A stretch of DNA of 64,000 nt, from contig CAVLBD010000007.1 of the NCBI GenBank assembly GCA_963661195.1, forward strand, positions 2,963-66,962, given 5' to 3'. Under the pieces are notes generated by a model, which saw only the letters and a list, made by a program, of their open reading frames with translations, made no database searches and was not told the origin of the DNA. The translations under genes and the position numbers were made by a program. Numbering within the stretch: position 1 is the stretch's first letter; each line of letters opens with the position of its first letter. Shown in pieces: positions 55,659 to 64,000 of this stretch. The stretch is from a bacterium. GTDB lineage: Bacteria > Bacteroidota > Bacteroidia > Bacteroidales > Bacteroidaceae.

Positions 55659-57323
55659 ATGAAAAAGATTTCTACTCTCTTTGTAGCGTTAGCCTTTATG
55701 GCAATTCCGGCTTCAGCTCAGTGGCAACCTAGCGACACAGACTATAAAATAGTAGCACAGGACAGCCTTTATGATCAAGGCGGACTGAAGACCGTGCGTA
55801 CATCCGATGGCAAAACCGTGTTGACATGGTACAAACACTCCGTAGGTTTGAAGAGCACCCACCCAGCCAGTGGCTACCATCTTTACATGCAGACATATGA
55901 TGCCGCAGGCAATGCTCTCTGCGGAAAGGAAGGAAAGGAAATTTCCGGTCACCGCACACGTACATGGCTTACAGACTATAGCACTAAGCTTTCAGATGAT
56001 GGCAAGGTCTATATCTCCTATTCCGATGCGAGAAACGACTCGCTTAAGGAAAATGTTGAGAACTTCATTTATTGTTATACTCCCGAAGGCACGCCATTAT
56101 GGAGTGCAGACGGCGTGAAAATAAGCAGTGTAACGAAAAACGCTCAAAGTGTTGTGGAAGATGTCCAACCACTTCTTTGTCTTAGTGGTTCCAACATATA
56201 CTCTAAGTTGGCTCATACAGAAACATATAACGTAAAGGCCGACTCTACAAACTGGACACCTAGTCCTTGGTTCCCCGATGATGAAATGCCAGACTCAGTG
56301 AGTGTAAGCGACTATAACTATCAGATTATGCGCTACAACGCCGACGGAACAGAAGCATGGGCAGCGCCTCTTGTCGTAGACTACGAATCGGCATGGTTCT
56401 ATCCCGCACCCAACGGAAATTTCTATCTTATTTATGTAAATAGCGGCTCAGGCTTCAGTGCTCGTCTCATTGACGCTGACGGCAAGGACGTATGGGAAAA
56501 TCCTGTAGTCGTTGAGAAAGAGTGCATCAGCGGTGGTCTGTACACAAGCGAACCGACCGTGGTAAGCGATGGCAATGGTGGGCTTTATATGGCATATCGT
56601 ACTTTGCTTTCTTGGACAGGCTATTGTGCAGTGAATCGTCTTACACCTGACGGCAAGGTCTATTCAGAGGGATTCCTGCCCAACGGAACGACGGACGGAA
56701 ACACAGACTCTTCTGCAGAGGTGGCTGTAAATGGCGACAAGACCTTTGTGGCGTGGGGATACGTTGACACAACCAGTGCACACACACTCTGGGTTAACCA
56801 GCTTGACATAAACGGCGACTACACTTGGGAGGGTGACAGCTTGCTTGGCTACGCATACGACCAGAATGAGATGTGGGGATGTACGGCAGTAAAAATTATT
56901 CCCCAGTCTGACGGATGGGTTCTGCTTTACGCAAATTCTCAGAGCTACAGCGCTGCAAACTTCTACGCATGTAAAATAGGTACTGACGGAAAGACTATTT
57001 GGAAGCGTCAGCTAGCTCAAGACGGATTTAAGCTGAATTCATACACTGTTGACTACGACGACAAATATGCATACTTCTTCTATACTTGTTCAAAGGACAA
57101 GGACGAGAACTACAAAGAGATACCTGGACCAGGCGGTCTGCGCGTGATGTGCATCGACATAACAGGCGGTGATGCAACAGGCATCAACAAGTCTAATATC
57201 GTTGACAACAACGCAACCAAGGAAATATTTAATGCTCAGGGTATGCGTGTGACAGATATGAATGCCAGTGGTCTCTACATAATAAAGGAGAACGGCAAGA
57301 CGCATAAAGTTTTCTCAAAATAA
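55659..57323 (+). CDS. Repeat-rich (beta-propeller-like) secreted protein with T9SS C-terminal domain, cassette 2 gene 1
   Basis: Signal ...IPASA|QWQP. It has the same D-x-D/N-G...W repeat style (TSDGKTVLTWYK, DADGKDVWENP, GTDGKTIWKRQ). The CTD is ...IFNAQGMRVTDMNASGLYIIKENGKTHKVFSK. Confidence 0.65.
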   Translation: MKKISTLFVALAFMAIPASAQWQPSDTDYKIVAQDSLYDQGGLKTVRTSDGKTVLTWYKHSVGLKSTHPASGYHLYMQTYDAAGNALCGKEGKEISGHRTRTWLTDYSTKLSDDGKVYISYSDARNDSLKENVENFIYCYTPEGTPLWSADGVKISSVTKNAQSVVEDVQPLLCLSGSNIYSKLAHTETYNVKADSTNWTPSPWFPDDEMPDSVSVSDYNYQIMRYNADGTEAWAAPLVVDYESAWFYPAPNGNFYLIYVNSGSGFSARLIDADGKDVWENPVVVEKECISGGLYTSEPTVVSDGNGGLYMAYRTLLSWTGYCAVNRLTPDGKVYSEGFLPNGTTDGNTDSSAEVAVNGDKTFVAWGYVDTTSAHTLWVNQLDINGDYTWEGDSLLGYAYDQNEMWGCTAVKIIPQSDGWVLLYANSQSYSAANFYACKIGTDGKTIWKRQLAQDGFKLNSYTVDYDDKYAYFFYTCSKDKDENYKEIPGPGGLRVMCIDITGGDATGINKSNIVDNNATKEIFNAQGMRVTDMNASGLYIIKENGKTHKVFSK

Positions 57324-57338
57324 TCAATTCGTTATTGC

Positions 57339-57379
57339 GAAGCGTATGGAATGTAGCGACGTTCCGTGCGCTTCTTTTT
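57339..57379 (+). terminator. Moderate hairpin plus T5 between the two genes of cassette 2
   Basis: GAAGCG (57339-57344) / CGCTTC (57369-57374) with an inner GGAA/TTCC pairing, followed by TTTTT. Confidence 0.4.
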
Positions 57380-57398
57380 ATTACTTGCTTAAATAATC

Positions 57399-59138
57399 AT
57401 GAAAAGACTATTCCTTGACATACTTATGCTATTTGCGGTATGCTCCGTAGCGCCAGCACACACCATCGGAGTAGGTAACGTGAATAGGCAACCGGGCGAG
57501 CAGACAGAACTTCAAGCCACGGGAAAGACAAACTGCAGTGCTGCCGTAAGGCTAGATGCATCTAAATTTGTGCGTTATGCTGGAAACAGCATTAAGACGG
57601 TGCGCGTTTCGTTGCCGGCAACCAAGCTTTTTGTCGATTCGTTAGTGGTGTGGGTGCGCTCGTCTCTTGATGGCAATAATCTGTCGCAAGGAAAAATTAC
57701 TCGCTTTGCCGACGATTATCCAAATCTGTCGGAGGGCTGGAACGAAGTGTCGCTTGAAAGTCCTGTAGAGCTGACCGAAGCAACAGGAGAACTCTATGTG
57801 GGCTACACATACTATCAGCGCACGAAAGTCTGTGCAACCCGGTGGGCAAAGCGTGAAGACGCCGCGGGCTCTTATGTAAAACTAGGCGGCGATGCAGCTT
57901 GGGAGGAGAAGAAAGGCTATGACCTAGCTATTGAAGCCGGCATTGACGGCAGTGCCATGCCTGCCAACGACGTGTGGCTCATGGGAGCGCGCGGGCTTAT
58001 CTCGGATGACGGAACACGCCGCATAGAGGCACGCCTCTATAACCGTGGACAGCAGCAGGCCACAAGTCTGCGTTTCAAGATGGAAGGATCGCAGTATAGT
58101 AACTCCACACTTCAGTATGCTGACATTGCTCCCGACTGTCTTGACACAATAGTTTTCGATATTAAGGGCGCAGAGGCATTGGCCGTTAACTCAAAGTTGA
58201 ATTTGGAACTGGATGAAGTGAACGGCAAAGCCGATGCCTATCCTGACGACAATAAGGCAATTTGCCTGTTCAACTACTTGCGTATCGTGCTCATTGAGGA
58301 GTTTACCACGGAGCAATGCCCCAATTGTCCGCGTGTGGCAGAGTATTTGCACGAGCTTCTTGAAAGCTCTGATGTGATGATGAATATGGCTGTGGTATGC
58401 CATCATTCGGGCTATCACACCGATTCCTTTACTACGCAAGCAGATTTGGACTACGAGTGGTTCTATAATGCCGATGGTGCTACATACGCTCCCGCGCTGA
58501 TGTATAACCGTATGTCGCTGGGCAAATCTCCCGTGACGGGGGCTTACAGTAAAGATGTCGTAGAACAGTATATAAAGGCTATTGCAAACCAAGAGTCTTC
58601 TCTTGCTTTGGTTGCTGAGGCTGCCGTTTCTGAAGACAACGCCACGATTACCGTTACCGTAACGGGCAAGCGTCTGCAAGCATATGGGAACACAGAGCAG
58701 CGGATAACCGTGTTCTTGACTGAAGACAATGTGCTTTCTGTCGATGGTCAGGCAGGTAGCGGCACCGACACCTACTATCATCAGCACGTGATGCGCCGTG
58801 TAAATTCCACTTGGGGCGAACCTCTTACTTGGAATGGCGATGATTTCCAATATACATGTACTTTCAGCGTTGATCCTACATGGAAACCATCTGACTTGAA
58901 GGTCGTGGCATCGGTAGGCGATTATGACAGCACTTCGCCAAATAACTGCCAGATAGAGAATAATGCCGTTGCCATTCCCGAGGGTTGGACTGACGGTATT
59001 CACAGAACTTCCACAGACAAAGGTGTGGCAAAGCCTGTGGCTTACTTCACAATGGACGGACAATTGCTGAAACAACCTGCCCGTGGGGTAACGCTTGTGA
59101 AGATGAGCGACGGAACTGTAAGGAAGGTGAAAATGTAG
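57399..59138 (+). CDS. Multi-domain Omp28-like CxxC protein with T9SS C-terminal domain, cassette 2 gene 2
   Basis: LIEEFTTEQCPNCP has its CxxC at 58317-58328. CHHSGYHTD, YYHQHVMRR and WKPSDLKVVASV are co-linear with the 640-aa protein at 8670..10592. The CTD is ...AYFTMDGQLLKQPARGVTLVKMSDGTVRKVKM. Confidence 0.65.
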   Translation: MKRLFLDILMLFAVCSVAPAHTIGVGNVNRQPGEQTELQATGKTNCSAAVRLDASKFVRYAGNSIKTVRVSLPATKLFVDSLVVWVRSSLDGNNLSQGKITRFADDYPNLSEGWNEVSLESPVELTEATGELYVGYTYYQRTKVCATRWAKREDAAGSYVKLGGDAAWEEKKGYDLAIEAGIDGSAMPANDVWLMGARGLISDDGTRRIEARLYNRGQQQATSLRFKMEGSQYSNSTLQYADIAPDCLDTIVFDIKGAEALAVNSKLNLELDEVNGKADAYPDDNKAICLFNYLRIVLIEEFTTEQCPNCPRVAEYLHELLESSDVMMNMAVVCHHSGYHTDSFTTQADLDYEWFYNADGATYAPALMYNRMSLGKSPVTGAYSKDVVEQYIKAIANQESSLALVAEAAVSEDNATITVTVTGKRLQAYGNTEQRITVFLTEDNVLSVDGQAGSGTDTYYHQHVMRRVNSTWGEPLTWNGDDFQYTCTFSVDPTWKPSDLKVVASVGDYDSTSPNNCQIENNAVAIPEGWTDGIHRTSTDKGVAKPVAYFTMDGQLLKQPARGVTLVKMSDGTVRKVKM

Positions 59139-59173
59139 GGTACAAGAAGAAATAACAGTCTAATTGAATAACC

Positions 59174-59221
59174 AAAGCTTCAGCTATTGCAGTAACTTGC
59201 GGCAAAGGCTGAAGCTTTTTT
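59174..59221. terminator. Bidirectional terminator between the T9SS-cargo locus and the glycan operon
   Basis: Stem AAAGCTTCAGC (59174-59184) / GCTGAAGCTTT (59208-59218), then TTTT. Confidence 0.8.
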
Positions 59222-59233
59222 GTGCTTATACCA

Positions 59234-60277
59234 TTAGACATCAAGTGTCTCAATGGCATTTTTAATGGCAAACGATGCATAATGCCCGGCTTGCAGTCGG
59301 CGACTCTCGCGCAAGACGTTTGCCTTCATGCGTGAAAACTCCTCAATGGTCATGTTTTTCATTATGCCGTCAAGTTCTTCAAGGCTATTGATGCAAATGC
59401 CAATGCCGTGGGACGAGACGAAGTTGGCCAAGGCAGCTTGCTTCCATATAATGACGGGCAGCCCGCTACGCAGATAGAATGAAGTCTTGTGTGGGTTGTT
59501 TAGCTTAAGATATTCTCCGAAATTGCCCTCGCATGAGGAAACGGAAGAACCATCCCACACCAGTCCGAAATCGCCTTTTACGTTGCTTATGAAGTCATCG
59601 CTTTGTGCAAAGCCGTAATAATGGAAATGTTCTTTTCCCTTAACCGCGTTCATGTCAAAGTTACTTCCATAAAGTGCCACGTCATACGACTTGATATATG
59701 CGCCCCATTCATACAGGAACGCATTTTTGCGCTGCGTCAGAGCTCCAGCATACACCACGGTGAAACTTTCGCCTTTTCCTTTTGTTGAGGCTTCGCCCGC
59801 GGGTAGCGGTGCGGAAGAGAGGTAGTCAAAGATGCTAAGTTCTGAGAGAATGGCTTTGCAGCCATGGGAATGTAGCCATTCCCGCATCTTTTCGTTGTGG
59901 GCTATCACTATGTCCGAGTGGTTCAGGCGGTCTATCTCTTGCTCAATAGTGAGAGCCTTGCGCCGAAAACTGCCGAGGTCATGGATTATGGTTATTATTT
60001 TCGCACCGCGGAGGTGTGCCATGTTACATACAAATGTGTAGTATTTCTTCAGCGGATACTGAAGTATCAAGACATCTCCTTTGTGTAATGCAAACGGAGC
60101 TTTTATCACTCCGGCAAGGTTGCGCAGGAAATGTACAACCGTGTTGCGGCTTGTGGAAAACGGTAAGCCGATGTTCTTGCAGTGAACCTCTTTCTCGGCA
60201 ATTTTCTCAATGTCGCTCTTAGCCTTGTTGCCGGCGCTGTTCAAGCCTTTGTAATTGCGTGAGATGTAGTAATACAT
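59234..60277 (-). CDS. WbbI-like glycosyltransferase (beta-1,6-galactofuranosyltransferase family)
   Basis: The start is set at MYYYISRNYKG (Met24 of the listed ORF), which removes the overlap with the upstream LicD gene. The block FGLVWDGSSVSSCEGNFGEYLKLNNPHKTSFYLRSGLPVIIWKQAALANFV closely parallels the E. coli K-12 WbbI sequence as I remember it. Confidence 0.65.
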   Translation of the reverse strand: MYYYISRNYKGLNSAGNKAKSDIEKIAEKEVHCKNIGLPFSTSRNTVVHFLRNLAGVIKAPFALHKGDVLILQYPLKKYYTFVCNMAHLRGAKIITIIHDLGSFRRKALTIEQEIDRLNHSDIVIAHNEKMREWLHSHGCKAILSELSIFDYLSSAPLPAGEASTKGKGESFTVVYAGALTQRKNAFLYEWGAYIKSYDVALYGSNFDMNAVKGKEHFHYYGFAQSDDFISNVKGDFGLVWDGSSVSSCEGNFGEYLKLNNPHKTSFYLRSGLPVIIWKQAALANFVSSHGIGICINSLEELDGIMKNMTIEEFSRMKANVLRESRRLQAGHYASFAIKNAIETLDV

Positions 60278-60302
60278 GGTAGATATGTTTGGAACTTTCT
60301 GT

Positions 60303-61121
60303 TTATGGGATGTTCTTGTTGTCGCGGTATGGGCAGTCAAGGTCAAGGAAATGGAAGTTATGCTGCCGTTGTTGCGAATGTTTGGGTATGGTCATATAGT
60401 CGCCGTATTTCCTTGTCAGATAGGTGTCGTAGTTTTCCACTCCGAGTAATGTTGTGCCTTCGAAATCATACGGCGTAGGATTGCCCAATATTTCCTTTCC
60501 CATTGTGCCGTGCGAGCCGTCGTCATAGTCTGCCACAAGCTGGCAGGAGTCAAAGTCGTAGTTGGTCAGCAGTTCGCGAATGCGGCGTTGCACGCCTTGC
60601 ATGGTGTAGAGTCTGCGGCAGAGCAGCGGAATCCATGAACTAGGCCCATGCCCATGCTTGAAAGGGTCGCGGTGTATGAGATACAACAGGCGCTTATAGT
60701 ATTCGTATCGGGCGAAATGTAGCTTGCGTAAGACAAAGTTGTTTGGCACACCATCGATGGGAAAAACGTCTATATATATGCCTCCCACGTATTTCAAGTG
60801 CATTCTTTCAACAAGAGTCGTTGAGGCATCCTGTATCTTGCCGAACGGCAACGGATATGTATTGTCGTCTTCTGCGCATACGAACTCGAACTGTGTGGGC
60901 AACCATTCGTGGGCGTGTGCTACGAGAGCATTATAGTCTGCTCGCGGCATGGCTATGTCGAGATCGTCGTCCCAGGGGATGAAACCTTTGTGGCGTACTG
61001 CGCCAATCATTGTTCCCGCCCAGATGAAGTATCTGAGTCCATGTTCTGCGCATGCTGTGTCTACAGCTTTTACTATGCGCAGTATGCGCTTGTGCAGTTC
61101 GTCGATATCATAGCTTGCCAT
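60303..61121 (-). CDS. LicD-family phosphotransferase (CDP-alcohol phosphotransfer to glycan)
   Basis: Carries the LicD signature ...YFIWAGTMIGAVRHKGFIPWDDDLDIAMPRADY and ...YIDVFPIDG. Confidence 0.85.
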   Translation of the reverse strand: MASYDIDELHKRILRIVKAVDTACAEHGLRYFIWAGTMIGAVRHKGFIPWDDDLDIAMPRADYNALVAHAHEWLPTQFEFVCAEDDNTYPLPFGKIQDASTTLVERMHLKYVGGIYIDVFPIDGVPNNFVLRKLHFARYEYYKRLLYLIHRDPFKHGHGPSSWIPLLCRRLYTMQGVQRRIRELLTNYDFDSCQLVADYDDGSHGTMGKEILGNPTPYDFEGTTLLGVENYDTYLTRKYGDYMTIPKHSQQRQHNFHFLDLDCPYRDNKNIP

Positions 61122-61147
61122 AATTCAGAGGGATGATGTTTACGTTG

Positions 61148-61876
61148 TTAGAATATATTTTCTGGTATGAGCCGCTTTGCCTGGTTGAAGTCCTCCACTG
61201 TGTCGAGCTCAATGGAAAAGATATCGGTTGTGTCAACCACCTTGAACGTATGTCCTTGCGGTATAAGTCGTTCAAAGGCGCGCTCGTAGAATATGTCCAC
61301 GAGCTTTTCTTTCTCTATCATCACTTCCAGTTCATTGAACAGTGCGGCACTGTATGGTGCAAGCATCTTTTCTATGCCTACAGACTCCCCGATGGCATGC
61401 TCTATGCTGCACACTTTGCTTATTTCAACTACGCGGTTTTCTTCGTCGGTTATAACCTTTATCTCCTCTTCCCCAAGTTTGTGGCGGTTTACGGCCAGGC
61501 AGGTTCCGTCAGCGTCAAGCAGGTGGCGAATTATAGCCCCGTCGAAGAGTATGTCGCTGTCAAGCAGCAGAAAATCGCGTCCTGCCACTTCGTGGCGTGC
61601 AAGCCAAAGGGAGTAGATGTTGTTCGTGGTCTGATAATCTTCGTTGTCTATGAAGGTGACCTTCATGTCAGCGTAGTTCTTGTTGACGAAGTCGCGTATC
61701 ATGTTGCCACGGTAGCCAGTAACGACAACGAGCTCGTTGATACCAGCAGCCTTAATGCTGTCGATAGTACGCTGAAGCAGGCAGCGTGTTCCTACTGTAA
61801 GCAGACATTTGGGGAGGCTGTCGGTAAGTGGGCGCAGGCGTGAGGCCATTCCTGCGGCAAGAATCAGTGCTATCAT
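61148..61876 (-). CDS. LicC-like nucleotidyltransferase (phospho-alcohol cytidylyltransferase family)
   Basis: The start is set at MIALILAAGMASRLRPLT (Met14 of the listed ORF), which forms an ATGA overlap with the stop of the upstream PLP-enzyme gene (61873-61876). TNNIYSLWLA and ...IFSIELDTVEDF parallel pneumococcal LicC (YNNFYSLYL, IYEIDSVQDY). Confidence 0.8.
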   Translation of the reverse strand: MIALILAAGMASRLRPLTDSLPKCLLTVGTRCLLQRTIDSIKAAGINELVVVTGYRGNMIRDFVNKNYADMKVTFIDNEDYQTTNNIYSLWLARHEVAGRDFLLLDSDILFDGAIIRHLLDADGTCLAVNRHKLGEEEIKVITDEENRVVEISKVCSIEHAIGESVGIEKMLAPYSAALFNELEVMIEKEKLVDIFYERAFERLIPQGHTFKVVDTTDIFSIELDTVEDFNQAKRLIPENIF

Positions 61877-62937
61877 AGGTCGAACTGTTTTGCCGTGTTG
61901 AGTATCACATCGCAAACGAGACGGTTTTGCTCGCGTCTGCCAAGTGTTATGCGCATGTGGGTGTTGATATCCGGCTCGTTCATGAACTTAACCTTGTAGC
62001 TTTGTTTTGCAAACTTTTTTTGTAGGGCTTCCTTCATCTCGATGGGATATTTGATAAGTATGAAGTTTGCGATGGATTTGTATACCTTGAAGCCAGGAAG
62101 AGCACCTATTTCTGCAGTATACATCTGCCGCGCTTCTTCCATAACGTTGGCAATTTGGCGGTAGTGGGCATCAGACTTTATTGCGGCAATGGCAACTTCT
62201 TCAGACAGACGGTCGTAGCCTAGATATTTGTTGGCGTAGCGGCTGAAACGCTGCATCGTGTCGCTGTTTCCTATATAGCCAAATCCCCAGCGCAATCCTG
62301 GCAGTCCGTAGAATTTTGACAACGTGCGGCAGAAAATGATGTTGGGGTATTTGCTTATCATCTCTTTTATATACGATATGTCTGATGTGACGTAAGATGC
62401 ATAAGCCTCGTCTACGAGCATTACGGATGTCTCGGGAATCATCTTCACGAGGCGTTCAAGTTCATCGGGTGTAAGCCCGTTGCCTGTTGGGTTGTTGGGC
62501 GAAGCTACGAGAAGAATCTTTGGGTTTTCTTTCTCAATCATCTCCTTCAGTCCGTCGAAATCGTAGGCAAAGGAGTTTTCCGTTTCGTAGACAGGGTATT
62601 GATGTGTTCTTCCGTTTACTTCATCGGCGATAGATTTGTAGTACCACCATGAGAATTTAGGTATGAACATCGTCTTGTTTCCGTCTTCCTGCGTAAGGAA
62701 GAAGTGTACTGCCATCTTGAGAAGATCCTCTGCGCCATAGCCCAATATAATCTGTTTCTCGTCGATGCCGTACTTTTCTGCCATGAATTCAGAAAAGATA
62801 CTTTTCTTTCCTTGGTCGTATATGCGGGTATAGAAAGCCAGTTTCTTCGCATCGAAGTTCTTTAAGGCGTCCATAACCTCTTGTGAAGGGCTGAAATTGA
62901 ATTCATTCCTGTCAAGATAATTTAAGATTGTTTGCAT
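61873..62937 (-). CDS. Class I/II PLP-dependent aminotransferase/decarboxylase (HisC/CobD-like)
   Basis: SPNNPTGN, VDEAYASY and RTLSKFYGLPGLRWGF (PLP-lysine context) are present. The 354-aa size is typical of histidinol-phosphate aminotransferase and threonine-phosphate decarboxylase relatives. Confidence 0.8.
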   Translation of the reverse strand: MQTILNYLDRNEFNFSPSQEVMDALKNFDAKKLAFYTRIYDQGKKSIFSEFMAEKYGIDEKQIILGYGAEDLLKMAVHFFLTQEDGNKTMFIPKFSWWYYKSIADEVNGRTHQYPVYETENSFAYDFDGLKEMIEKENPKILLVASPNNPTGNGLTPDELERLVKMIPETSVMLVDEAYASYVTSDISYIKEMISKYPNIIFCRTLSKFYGLPGLRWGFGYIGNSDTMQRFSRYANKYLGYDRLSEEVAIAAIKSDAHYRQIANVMEEARQMYTAEIGALPGFKVYKSIANFILIKYPIEMKEALQKKFAKQSYKVKFMNEPDINTHMRITLGRREQNRLVCDVILNTAKQFDL

Positions 62938-62959
62938 TTCTTTCGTTGTATTTTAGTTG

Positions 62960-62967
62960 CAAAGTTA
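62960..62967 (-). promoter_or_regulatory. -7 box (TAacTTTG on the minus strand) upstream of the PLP-enzyme gene
   Basis: Plus-strand CAAAGTTA, 23 nt upstream of the ATG at 62937. Confidence 0.45.
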
Positions 62968-63052
62968 ATATAAAAAACTGAGTAAGGCAGTGAGTGCCAA
63001 TGTATATTGTTGTTGTTATGCCGTGAATTGCGCTTTGCAAAGGTTGCGGGGC

Positions 63053-64000
63053 TTATTTCTTCAGCTTTTTTACCAGCCGGCTGAAGGCAGAGCGGCGATA
63101 ATCTTTCCTTACCTTTGGCAGCAGCTCGCGGTAGGAATGGTTGGTGTCGAAGATGAGTGTTCCGTGGTAGTTCTTCTCTTTTACCGGTGTCATGTAGTTG
63201 TCGCCATATTGAGTTCTCAGGAATAAAGCGTATTCCTTAGGCACAGGCACCTTGATGTTCTCAAAGTCAATCCATACTGTGTGCTCGAAGATATGTTTCG
63301 GAAACATAATGTCATCGCCGCTAAACGATAGCTCTGCCCAACATTCGGCTTCTTCGTCTTTTGTGCTTCTTAGCAGTTCTTCGCTTTTTCTGTATATGTC
63401 GGCCCAGCCTTTTCTCCACACTTCATATTTGCAATGGTATTTGCGGAAAATCAGTCCCAGTCTTCCCGAGGCAAGAATGGCAGTGTTTTTTGCCTTCAGG
63501 AAACGTTGGGTGTGGCGTGTGCGACGAATGATGTCACGTCGTCGCTGCGGGTCGGTTGGCGCGTTGTCAAGGACGAAGATGTCGATGAATATGCCTTGGT
63601 TGAATGGTTGGAAAGAGTCGGAGGGACGTATTGCCGCGGTGTCGCTGCGCCGCAGTTGTGCATGTCCGCGGAAATAGTCTTTGTCGTTGTATGCAGTCTG
63701 CATGAAATATGGTTCATGGAAATGTGCGGGTGCGAGCTGAATCATACGGTCGTAGTCAGCGCGTGGCATCATAACATCCACGTCATCGTCCCACGGAATG
63801 AACCCTTTGTGGCGCACTGCTCCGAGCATAGTGCCACCGTCAACCCAACAACGCAGATTGTTTTCAATGCAGAAATCGATGAAATGCGACAGGAGGTCTA
63901 TTTCTATAGCCCATACTTGTTTCAGCTTGTGCGTAACGATAGTGCCGTCTCTTTCTTCTTCTCTTGTGTTGAATGATTTGTTGCCATGGCCTATTGGCGT
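63053..64000 (-). CDS. Second LicD-family phosphotransferase, 5' end outside the window
   Basis: The listed ORF starts at an internal Met (63829). Hand translation of the same frame upstream stays open to base 64000. It reads ...HKLKQVWAIEIDLLSHFIDFCIENNLRCWVDGGTMLGAVRHKGFIPWDDDVDVMMPRADY, the canonical LicD N-terminal region. Confidence 0.85.
   Translation of the reverse strand, partial: TPIGHGNKSFNTREEERDGTIVTHKLKQVWAIEIDLLSHFIDFCIENNLRCWVDGGTMLGAVRHKGFIPWDDDVDVMMPRADYDRMIQLAPAHFHEPYFMQTAYNDKDYFRGHAQLRRSDTAAIRPSDSFQPFNQGIFIDIFVLDNAPTDPQRRRDIIRRTRHTQRFLKAKNTAILASGRLGLIFRKYHCKYEVWRKGWADIYRKSEELLRSTKDEEAECWAELSFSGDDIMFPKHIFEHTVWIDFENIKVPVPKEYALFLRTQYGDNYMTPVKEKNYHGTLIFDTNHSYRELLPKVRKDYRRSAFSRLVKKLKK

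Noticed and set aside
58191-59075. 294-aa minus-strand ORF inside the 579-aa Omp28-like/T9SS gene
   Set aside because: It lies wholly antisense to a CDS with clear family motifs and a T9SS CTD. The translation is Cys/His/Arg-rich with no motif, signal or promoter. This is a typical shadow ORF.
61133-61843. 236-aa plus-strand ORF opposite the LicC-like gene (also 61293..61616)
   Set aside because: It is antisense to a CDS with strong LicC co-linearity and translational coupling to its neighbour. There is no plus-strand promoter box upstream, and the product is low-complexity.
63034-63043. Perfect 10-nt palindrome CTTTGCAAAG between the two LicD-operon segments, considered as an invertase site or phase-variable promoter
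   Set aside because: I found no partner inverted repeat flanking the promoter region, and no recombinase gene is nearby. The palindrome is just TTTG/CAAA promoter-like sequence, so there is not enough evidence for an invertible element.
63252-63976. Plus-strand ORFs 63252..63677 and 63434..63976 at the window end
   Set aside because: They are antisense to the second LicD gene. That gene's frame stays open to base 64000 and reads a canonical LicD N-terminus.

Overview
The window looks like a 64-kb chromosomal segment of a Bacteroidales genome, probably Prevotella/Segatella-like. That placement is an inference from TAnnTTTG promoter boxes, type-IX-secretion (T9SS) C-terminal domains, Gln+1 signal peptides and gene content. 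I call about 54 CDS at roughly 88% coding density. I saw no rRNA, tRNA, CRISPR array or IS element.

Housekeeping blocks:
- yifB/comM-like ATPase, DMT protein, ttcA-like gene, C1 peptidase and M16 peptidase (0.2-7.1 kb).
- The conserved DUF6089-like, uppS, bamA, three ompH and murI envelope operon (21.3-28.2 kb).
- upp, pckA, an OPT transporter plus sirtuin, three tandem FKBP isomerases, and lrp.
- A C26-amidotransferase/M19-dipeptidase fusion, glutaminyl cyclase, pyrE, an SRPBCC protein, argH, an LMW-PTP and eno.

Accessory or poorly understood blocks:
- A: 8.7-14.5 kb. A co-directional module of a TlpA thioredoxin, an orphan OM beta-barrel, an Omp28-like CxxC lipoprotein and two T9SS cargo proteins.
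- B: 49.9-59.1 kb. Two copies of a two-gene cassette (repeat-rich T9SS cargo plus Omp28-like CxxC T9SS cargo) flanking a transmembrane TPR/AraC regulator.
- C: 59.2-64.0 kb. A glycan-decoration operon with two LicD transferases, a LicC-like nucleotidyltransferase translationally coupled to a HisC/CobD-like PLP enzyme, and a WbbI-like glycosyltransferase.
- D: 14.8-18.2 kb. An island of four orphan genes.
- E: 49.1-49.9 kb. A 780-nt gene-poor spacer holding a self-contained promoter, 31-codon ORF and terminator unit, followed by two extra terminator hairpins.

All family assignments come from motifs read by eye in the supplied translations. No database search was run, so family names are hypotheses to confirm with HMM or BLAST searches.
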